A DNA stretch of 63,111 nucleotides, the filler included, from Octopus bimaculoides (taxonomy: Eukaryota), in the NCBI RefSeq assembly GCF_001194135.2. It is 5 parts of 5 records of this genome, joined end to end, with 100 filler letters (N's around TTAATTAATTAA, not from the genome) between each part and the next. Parts side by side here need not be neighbours in the genome. Positions count along the whole stretch, not along the records: positions 31,407 to 57,136 come from NC_068987.1; positions 57,237 to 61,876 come from NC_068997.1; positions 61,977 to 63,111 come from NW_026369597.1; 2 more parts are not named here. One strand, written 5' to 3'. Shown piece by piece: positions 52,730-63,111 of the stretch. Position 1 is the stretch's first letter; each line of letters starts with the position of its first letter. The notes under the pieces were generated by a model. That model was not told the origin of the DNA. It saw nothing but the letters and a program-made list of their open reading frames with translations, and did not search any database. The position numbers and the translations under genes were made by a program.

Positions 52730-53970
52730 ATATTTCAATAAAAATGACATACACGCGGATGTGTAACTGTACAGGTAATAAGTATATAGGAGCAACTGTC
52801 CTGGAGTGTAGAAATATATAGCGTCTACTATAGCGCTGAGATGTGAAACGCAATTTTGGAACCATATACATGTGCATATACTTTTTGTCGTCATATTGTC
52901 TCAAATGTTCATTTAGTTGTTCCGCAATACTCCTAGATGTCTCCACTATGTATGCCATGTTCATGTATTTACAAGCACTTTCTATGCATCTTATGCTGTA
53001 AACTACATTTCTAGTTGTACAGTTAATGCCAGGGCTAATCCTACATACCATGCAATTATCATTGGTGCATATGATATTCTCAAAGGGGTACGTCGTGCAT
53101 AGTTGTGATCTGACAGAGTTCTCTGGCTTTTCAACAATCTTAATGTGTTTGGTCTACTTCAGAGCTTTCCTAAATCTACGGGCTAGTTCTCCATGAGCTG
53201 TGATATCTACAAACATCACTCCTTGATATTTGTCGGTTTTATACCACGTGTTCACCCTGTTTGCTTTGTCATAAGTTCTTAGTATTCTATTCCAGTTTTT
53301 GTTTCTACATCTAGGGCAGGTACCACTGGTATCATTACATATAATGTTATCTAACTTCTTTCTACTCGAACTCTACCTTCTTTCTTACTCGAACTTCTAC
53401 CACGTGTTCACCCTGTTTATTTTGTCACAAGTTCTTTGTATTCTATTCCAATCTTTGTTTCTACATCTAGGGCAGGTACCACTGGTATCATTACATATAA
53501 TGTTATCTAACTTCTTTCTTACTCGGACTCTACCTTTTTGATCATACCCAGAGAATTGCATGCGGTGCATGAAGTTCTGTACATGTTTCTTCGTTTCATT
53601 GGGTTTGCATAGTGGGGACACATTGTTCATTATCCTAAGTCTGCCATCAGTATGCTAATTTTCCTGTTGTGTGACAAAGCTGAGTTCTCGTGAACAACAT
53701 ATTTCGAAGCTATGAGTTTCATGTTATAGGAGTTGTTCACAGTCTCTATCCAAAGTCCAGTATCAAGGACGAGAATTGTATTGTTGGGGTTCCTAGTGGG
53801 GTAATCTATAATTACCTTGATACTTTGGTGAATGGAGATAGCTACTTACTGGATGCACTCCATTACGTTCCTCTCAGTTTCTACATTACCTTTACTAGAG
53901 TTGAACTTAAATATGCTATTAAAGTTGTCTACATCCCTACTGTAGAGTAGAAGAGTTGTGGACTGAAACA
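52730..53970 (-). mobile_element. decayed Penelope-like element (RT C-terminal part, linker, GIY-YIG endonuclease)
   Basis: LYSRDVDN (from RYVDD), IIDYPTRNPNNTILVLD, HENSALSHNRKISIL, FMHRMQFSGY, then INCTTRNVVYSIRC...YIVETSRSIAEQLNEH (GIY-YIG). Confidence 0.82.
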
Positions 53971-55081
53971 TGATTATATATACACACACACACTTCACTT
54001 CAAACAACGACACATATGGAGACACACGTCCACAGATATGGAGATACACATCCATAAAAACAGACACAGTACATAGTTGCAAAAAATCCATACACACAGA
54101 GACACACTCAGACATGCACACACAAGGAGATAGAGGTACACACACACGCAAAAACACACACACACACACACGTACACACACACACACACACACAATGACC
54201 CACACACATGCGCACAAACAAACCAAAAGTACGCAGCTTCAATAACAGACAGAGTCAATAACTATTGAAAAGGTTGCCAGATGCAACGAAAATTTTAGGA
54301 TGATAAATAAGTAAATGAGTGGAAATTTTACCGATGAGTGTGTTGAATTATATATAAGGCACTAAAAGAGAATGACTCTCCTCAGTCACAACAGTATGTA
54401 TATNNNNNNNNNNNNNNNNNNNNNNNNNNNNNNNNNNNNNNNNNNNNNNNNNNNNNNNNNNNNNNNNNNNNNNNNNNNNNNNNNNNNNNNNNNNNNNNNN
54501 NNNNNNNNNNNNNNNNNNNNNNNNNNNNNNNNNCCCTCTCTCTCACACACGCATACGAAAACACAGACACACACACACGGGCGAAATGCTTAGCGGTATT
54601 TCGTCTGCCGCTACGTTCTGAGTTCAAATTCCGCCGAGGTCGACTTTGCCTTTCATCCTTTCGGGGTCGATTAAAGAAGTACCAGTTACGAACTGGGGTC
54701 GATAAAATCGACTTAATCCGTTTGTCTGTCTTTGTTTGTCCCCTCTGTGTGTAGCCCTTTGTGGGTAGTAAAGAAATAACACACACACATATATATATAT
54801 ATATACACACGCAAAATCTGAAACACATATATAGCGATTTGATTGAACAAACGGGATAAACTGAATTCTGTATATGGACATATTTTAAAATAATAATCGG
54901 TCTAAGTTACATTGTGACTCAGGGTTCGAATCGTTCCCTGGATAATGCTGGAAATGTTTGTAACTTCAGAGGAAATATATCAGTGCTCCGCTCCAGCATA
55001 GTCTCAGCGTTTGAGCTGAAATATATAAAATAATATAAGAATATATACATACATACATACATACACACATACACACACACA

Positions 55082-55113
<32 letters not shown>

Positions 55114-55768
55114 TACACACATATATATATATATATGTATGTATATACATGTATATTTATATATATATATATACATATATNNNNNNNNNNNNNNNNNNNN
55201 NNNNNNNNNNNNNNNNNNNNNNNNNNNNNNNNNNNNNNNNNNNNNNNNNNNNNNNNNNNNNNNNNNNNNNNNNNNNNNNNNNNNNNNNNNNNNNNNNNNN
55301 NNNNNNNNNNNNNNNNNNNNNNNNNNNNNNNNNNNNNNNNNNNNNNNNNNNNNNNNNNNNNNNNNNNNNNNNNNNNNNNNNNNNNNNNNNNNNNNNNNNN
55401 NNNNNNNNNNNNNNNNNNNNNNNNNNNNNNNNNNNNNNNNNNNNNNNNNNNNNNNNNNNNNNNNNNNNNNNNNNNNNNNNNNNNNNNNNNNNNNNNNNNN
55501 NNNNNNNNNNNNNNNNNNNNNNNNNNNNNNNNNNNNNNNNNNNNNNNNNNNNNNNNNNNNNNNNNNNNNNNNNNNNNNNNNNNNNNNNNNNNNNNNNNNN
55601 NNNNNNNNNNNNNNNNNNNNNNNNNNNNNNNNNNNNNNNNNNNNNNNNNNNNNNNNNNNNNNNNNNNNNNNNNNNNNNNNNNNNNNNNNNNNNNNNNNNN
55701 NNNNNNNNNNNNNNNNNNNNNNNNNNNNNNNNNNNNNNNNNNNNNNNNNNNNNNNNNNNNNNNNNNNN

Positions 55769-55805
<37 letters not shown>

Positions 55806-57236
55806 TTGATTTAAATAAAAAAGGAGAAATAAGATAATAGAAAAACAACATGAAGACGTAGCACATGGAAAGTATTAATAAAACGCTCATCTATAATTTT
55901 TTGCAGAATAACGTTTGATATTTATAAATTTTATGTATCAGTCTCTTGACATTCTGGACGCCGATCTTGAAACACAAAGTATCTTTAGGGTACGTGTCAA
56001 AGAAAAAAAAAAGTTACAGATACTTTCTGGAACAAAAGAATGAACTGAATACTGCGTCAATTATAATCCTCTTCTACTCTAGGCACAAGGCCTGAAATTT
56101 TAGGGGAGGAGGTCAGTCAATTAGATCGACCCAAGTACGCAACTGGTACTTAATTTATCAACCCTGAAAGGATAAAATGCAAGGTCGACGGAATTTGAAC
56201 TGAGAACGTAAGGACAGACGAAATACCACTTAGCATTTCATCCGCCGTGCTAGCACTTCTGTCAGCTCACCGCCTTGAGTCAATTATAATCAACTTTAAA
56301 TTGTATGGACAGCGTGTAAAAAGCGAGTTTAGAGCTACTTCATAATCATACGTCTTGCTCCACCATCAGACGGCTAATCGTAACACCTAATTATTGACTG
56401 CCCTAGATTTTTGATTGTCGGAAATCTAAAACCTTCGTGGTGAAGCATCTTCATCCAATCAACCAGGTAATTCTTTGAATTGTATAAATTTATCCAGTTC
56501 GTCCCAGTGTACTGTTCCATATTGCAAGGATATAGAAACATATATAAATTCTGATCATGGTTATAGTAGGTGTTTGACTTCTATTACGCACTATAGTGAA
56601 TGGTTATAAAATATTAGCCAATACTATATATAACAGACTGGTGTAAACATCTTGTCAGTCTGCCTGTCTCTCTGTCTCTCTTTATATATACACAATAACT
56701 TCATGGACAAATAAAATGTATAAGATGGACAATTTCATAACCGAGTTGCGATTTCATTCGTGACTGAAAACGTTACAAATTTCCTACGCACGAAACATTG
56801 CCGATATTACAGTCAGACAAGTTTTCATTTTATAATGCAGTAAAATATATATATATATATATAATAATAATATTAGGGACAAAATCCAAAATTACAGGTA
56901 AAAAACTCAATTAAAATCAATTTATAAAAACTTAATATTAAATTGAGCCTTATAGATAAAGTATATATAAAAAATATATAGTTTTAGGGAAAATAACCAA
57001 TTTTCAAGAACTCATCGATGAAAATCCACTATCACATATAGAAAAATTAATAATTAAAAGCACAATAAATGAGTATAATATAAAGTAAAGTAAATATCAT
57101 AAGATAAATATAATAAAAAGATTACACGTGTTTCATNNNNNNNNNNNNNNNNNNNNNNNNNNNNNNNNNNNNNNNNNNNNTTAATTAATTAANNNNNNNN
57201 NNNNNNNNNNNNNNNNNNNNNNNNNNNNNNNNNNNN

Positions 57237-57284
<48 letters not shown>

Positions 57285-58368
57285 GTATATGTGTATATAT
57301 GTGTGAGTTAGCTCAACTTGATTCTGAACTAATACGACAAACTGACTGAGGTAGGATAACTCGACTGTGAATCTATACCCCTCTGTTGCTTTTGTTGTTG
57401 TTGTTGTTGTTGTTGCTGTTGAATAAGTATACTACCTTCAGGCACAATGCATAAGAACAGCACCATTCCAAATATTCTTCCTTTTTCAAAACAATAGCAT
57501 CTGAACTGAGAAAGACTTGGCTGCTATTTCTAACATCTGACAGTAGAGGTAAGTAGATTTCACTGTTGTTGTTGTTGTTTCTTCTGTGGTTTCTTGTTTC
57601 AAATGTACCATTCCTTGTTTTGCAGCTGTTGATACAATTGAATACCAAAGAGATATGAGTGTGTGTGTGTGTGTGTGTGTGTTTGTGCATTTGTATGTGT
57701 ATGTGTGTTATGCATGTATGTATATATGTATATATTATTTATATATATATATATATATATATGCATATATGTATATATACATATATATATATTATTTATA
57801 TATATAAATATATAATATTTAAGATTCAGTTGAATTAGGTACTTAAATTGAGGCACCAAGCTGGTTTGGTATAGTCTGCACAGCTCGAAGTACGTGAATA
57901 AAACTTATATATCTATCTATATATATATATATATATATATATAGGGAGAGAGGGAGAGTTTAATTTCATTCAGGTTTTAACCCTGGAGTTTACCATATTA
58001 AGTTTATCCTTGGTTATAGATTATGAGACAGACAGTAATCTGATGACTGTTTGTCTTATGAAACACATGGCTGAAAATCCATACATATCTGCAGAGTTTT
58101 TACAATTATAAACAAGAGGAAAGGAGCAAGCAAGTTCTTTTATTACATCAATTTGCAATTGTTTTATCTGAATTCAATATCATCAGACTAAATTCAGATG
58201 AAACAATTGTAAATTGATATAATAAAAGAACTTGTCCTCTCNNNNNNNNNNNNNNNNNNNNNNNNNNNNNNNNNNNNNNNNNNNNNNNNNNNNNNNNNNN
58301 NNNNNNNNNNNNNNNNNNNNNNNNNNNNNNNNNNNNNNNNNNNNNNNNNNNNNNNNNNNNNNNNNNNN

Positions 58369-58403
<35 letters not shown>

Positions 58404-58405
58404 TA

Positions 58406-58445
<40 letters not shown>

Positions 58446-58734
58446 ATATCATTATTTTTTATTGTCACTAATTTTTTTCTCACTCTCTCAATATAATCCT
58501 GAGTAATGTTTAATACTGGAGATTAGTGGAGGCATATGACTTAGTGGTTAAAGTGTTGGATTCATGATTGCAAGACAGAGCAATACATTATGTTCTTGAG
58601 CAAAACATTTCATTTCACATCACTCCACTCCAGTCAGCCGGTAAAACAGACGATTGGCACCTGATGCAGCCTTCTAGCTTGCCAGCTCCTGTCAAACTGT
58701 CCAACTCAGGCAGCAGGGAAAACAGATGATGATA

Positions 58735-58792
<58 letters not shown>

Positions 58793-59966
58793 CATATATA
58801 CAATTGGCCCTCTGCCGGTTATGACAATGAAAATTCCAGTTTATCTGATCAATAGAACAGCCTGCTCATGATATTAATGTGCATGTGGTTGAGCACTCCA
58901 CAGACATGTGTACCTTTAACATAATTCTCAGGGAGATTCAGCATGACACAGAGTGTGACAAGGTTGGCTCTTTGAGATACAGGTACTACTCGTTTTTGCC
59001 AGCTGATTGGACTGGAGCAATGTGAAATAAAGTGTCTTGCTCAAGGACACAACACATTGCTAGGAATTGAACTCATGGCCTTATGACCGTTAGCTGAATA
59101 GCATAACCACTAAGCCACAGGCCTTCACTCATATATATGATTATGTTCCTAGAAGAAAATGACCCACTGTGGTCTGTGGCCTCCTAGTGGGACTTTCCAA
59201 ATAGCACACCTTATGAAAAATTACCTCAAATTTTTCTAGAAATGTGGTCTGCCCAATGATGATGAGCCATTCCTTATGTGGCCTGCTTCATGAGAAAAAA
59301 AAAGCTGGCCATGCCTGTTATTGAGTGTACTAGACACTTTCATTTCATTATGTAACTAGCACTAGATATGTTGTGCACAGACCAGCTGGACCACTCTGTT
59401 TCAGTTCTTCAGATTCACTGTCCTTTTAGACAGGTTGTCTGCAATGCAGCTTGCAGAGTCATGTGCTGAGCACACACACACACATATGTATATATATGTG
59501 TGTGTATATGTGTGTGTATTTGTGTGTGTGCATGTGTGTGTATACGTACACACACACACAAAACACAAGTGCACACACACACACACACACACTCATCTAT
59601 ACACATATATACAGGCTTGTATGTTTTCAAACGAAAGAATGAAAACCTGTGTGTTTATATAAAAACAACAAAATAAAATATACTAATAATATATATTATG
59701 GAAAAAAAAACAAAAAAAAACTATATTCAATAGATATAATGATTAAACATTTTCATGCTTAGTTAACAACTTGGCTAATTTAGCTAAATTCAGCTGTGAA
59801 TAAAGCTTTAACTATTCTTACATAAAAGAAATAGCCAAAATTACCCCCTGCTACCATGACCACTGCCACTACCACTTATATCACCACCATCACTAACACC
59901 ACCACCACCACCATTACCACCTACACCACCACCACCACCACTCTTTACCACACAGACACACAGATA

Positions 59967-59999
<33 letters not shown>

Positions 60000-60000
60000 C

Positions 60001-60042
<42 letters not shown>

Positions 60043-63000
60043 GGAGAGAGAGAGGGAGATAGAGAGAGATAGAGAGAGTGAGAGAGAGTGAGAGAGAGTG
60101 AGTGTGGGTGGGTGTCTGTTGTTATACATTTATTCTTCCAAGCTTGTTTGGCTAGAGTAGTTTTTGCAAAATTTGAGTACATTGCAAAAAATGTCGATGG
60201 TGCAATAATTTTTTACGGATGGATACTCTTCCTGTCACTGACCACTCAGTTGTGGAGGTGAAGTGGAAGGTATGTGTCTACATTTGTCTTTCATATAAAA
60301 GCAACTGATACATACAAACATAACATACAAACACATGGAAAACCTTGAAATACAAAATGCATTTGGTGCTTTTTTAGTGGTACAAGCACTAGTGGGGGTC
60401 ACCAAGTAATTCATGAAATAAACCCAGTCAATTGAGAGGAGAATAGTATTGAAGGAGTTGGTTTTATGCCGGGTGGTGGAGGTGCTTGACTTTGTGGTTA
60501 GAGTGTTGGACTCATGATCTTAAGATTGTAGTTTCAATTCCTGGACTGGGCAACATGTTGTGTTCTTGAGCAAAACACTTCATTTCACATTGCTCCAGTC
60601 CACTCAGCTGGCAAAAAATGAGTAATTCTGTGATAGACTAGCGTCCTGTCCAGGTGTGGGATATATACAGCATGAAACCAGGAAACCTGGCCTTATGAGT
60701 TGGTGTAACTTGAGAAGATAACTTTTACCTAATTAACTTTACCTTTATGCAGGGTAGTTAGATGCTTAAGTTTGACAGAGGGACAAGAACAGGTGTCTTG
60801 CTGTAGAGAAGGAAAATAGGTACTCCAGAATGAAAAGAAAGAGGATGGCGGTGAAGATGCATCAGGGTGTACCATCACTTACAGGAAGGTGAATAATGTG
60901 TATGGATGGTAAAATAAGTTCACAAAAGTGTGAAAGAAGAGTGACAATTGGATAGAGACTGGTACTCTGTCAGTTACAACAAGTTTTCTGGTTGCTCCAA
61001 TCAATGGAACAGCCCAACATGTGAAATTGATGTGCAAGTAGTTGAGCACTTCACAAACATGTGTACTGGGCATGTGCTGTCAGTAATTACTCAGGGTAGG
61101 CAGTTGGTGATCCTTATGTAGTAAAACACACAAAAATAAAAAGAAAACAGTGTTGTGGTAATGTACACAGCACATGTACTACAGCAGTACTATGCATAGC
61201 TTAAATACTGAGATTGAAAAGCAGTGGTGAATTATGCCTACCTAGTCTACAAACAAATAAAACATTTTGCATTTTATGCATAGTTATCAGACTAACCTTC
61301 ATAATTTTATTGAATTAGGTACATATTTTGCCATAAAAAGAAAATGTTGCTATTAATCTATTTTATTCAATGTAGGCAGTGCCTACCTTGCCTACCTAGA
61401 CATCATACCCTTGATTTGTACCCTTAACATAGCTCTCAGAGGATTCAATGTGACACAAAGTATGACAAGGTTGGCTCTTTGAAATACAGGTAAAATGCAT
61501 TTTTGCCAGCTGAGTGGATTGTAGCAATGTGGAATAAAGTGTCTTGCTCAAGGACACACCATACCACCAGGAATCAAACACATGACTTCACAATTGTGAG
61601 CTGAACATCCTAAGACTTCTTTTCTTTTATCCATGGTAAAGTTCTCAAAGCATTTTCTTCTTTTTATTAAAAAAATTTTTTTACCTTTTAGTATTTAAAC
61701 AGGTCCTATCCAGCCCAAATATTGTACCTGTTTTATGTTCAACCGAGCCAAACCTGGCCTCTCACATTTATGCTACAATGTCATTCTAGAAAGAAACAAT
61801 TACATCATTGAAGTCTCAAAGCTACAAGATAATGCATGATTAATTCAAAACAATAGGCATTTCCTTTGACAGAGTANNNNNNNNNNNNNNNNNNNNNNNN
61901 NNNNNNNNNNNNNNNNNNNNTTAATTAATTAANNNNNNNNNNNNNNNNNNNNNNNNNNNNNNNNNNNNNNNNNNNNACACACACACACACACACACACAT
62001 GGCTTGACACAGACTTTATTTATAGGAGATATAAGATACTGATCTCAGCGCTATTAGGATGATAATGGAAATTCAATCACCGGTACTCGTATATCATTCA
62101 TATCACGTCGCCGTACTGATTTCTCAGAAGTATATTTTTTGTACAACATTGATATCCAGCCTAATCATTCCAGTGAATGAGATTGTATTTCACGTTTGCA
62201 TAATGAGAGCAAATGAACATAACTCAATCTATGGCGCCACCTTATCACGGTGCGACGTAATTTCACTCAGTTACCTGTGATGGGGCCCACCACTCCACGG
62301 CATTGAACTTGGGTNNNNNNNNNNCTCAGTTACCTGTGATGGGGCCCACCACTCCACGGCATTGAACTTGGGTAACTTAAGAAGTCGTCTCACACAGATG
62401 ACATTAAATACCTTGCTCATTGTATGGTGGTGTTTCACTTCTGCCTCATCCATCTTTATAATATTGGTCTCAAGTTTTGGCACAAGGCCAGCAATTTCGG
62501 GGGGAGGTGGGTAAGACGATTGCATTGACCCCAGTACTCAATTGGCACTGATTTTATCGACTCTAAAAGGATGAAATTTGCGGCTATTTTTCTGTAGGTA
62601 ATTAATGTAGAAATATATAAACTTTGAAGGCGGTGAACTAGCAGAAACGTTAGTACGCCGCGCGAAATACTTGGCGGTATTTCGTCTGTCTTTAGGTTCT
62701 GAGTTCAAATAATCGCCGAGTTTGATTTTACCTTTCATCCTTTCGGGGTCGATAAATTAAGTNNNNNNNNNNNNNNNNGGTAGATCTAATCGACTGGTCC
62801 CCTTGTGCCTAGAGTAGAAAAGAATATTGACTTCTGCTCGAAAGGTAAATTCTCACCAGATCAACACTTAAAAGCGCTTTCAATTGCCAGTTGAAATAAG
62901 TTGACCGTGGTGTGTGTGCGCGTGTGTGTTACATNNNNNNNNNNNNNNNNNNNNNNNNNNNNNNNNNNNATTATAAACCTGGAAAATTACAGGACAAGTT

Positions 63001-63111
63001 ATTACACTTGGAAAAATTCGTGACAACTTATCACATCTGGTAAAGTACAAAACAAGTAAATTTTTGTAGTTGTATGCTGTCAACTTAATGTGACAGTCCC
63101 CTGAAGGGAAT

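Noticed and set aside
58028-58066. CTGATGA...GAAAC hammerhead-like spacing
   Set aside because: No pairing stem II between the cores; only an unrelated 10-bp hairpin.
62266-62373. Exact 49-bp direct repeat
   Set aside because: The copies flank a 10-N gap: an unmerged contig overlap.

Overview
AT-rich, microsatellite- and gap-riddled animal genomic DNA. The repeat content (tRNA-derived SINEs, RTE LINE tails, long CA/TA/TATC/AAT runs) points to an octopod cephalopod; this is an inference. One host gene is supported. Eleven GT-AG coding exons on the + strand (1052-19933) splice in frame to 451 codons of an MSK-type dual-domain kinase (RPS6KA5/MSK1-like). They cover the complete N-terminal AGC domain, the linker phospho-motifs and only the N-lobe of the C-terminal kinase domain. 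I found neither the first exon nor the rest of the C-terminal domain; a scaffold join follows at 21.3 kb. The remainder is introns or intergenic DNA full of decayed mobile elements: at least three SINE families, several RTE LINE 3' ends, two Dong/R4-like 3' ends at (AAT)n tracts, a Gmr1-type (PR-INT-RT-RH order) Ty3/Gypsy relic with one LTR, a Penelope-like element, two mariner relics, TTAA-flanked MITEs and several long foldback elements. The most interesting leads are inverted RTE tails bracketing an in-frame 345-nt exon block (circRNA candidate), long intronic hairpins (ADAR substrate candidates), a dispersed repeat with decayed hammerhead-ribozyme architecture, and the Gmr1-type element. 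No clearly novel protein-coding system is supported. All alignments and identities were judged by eye.
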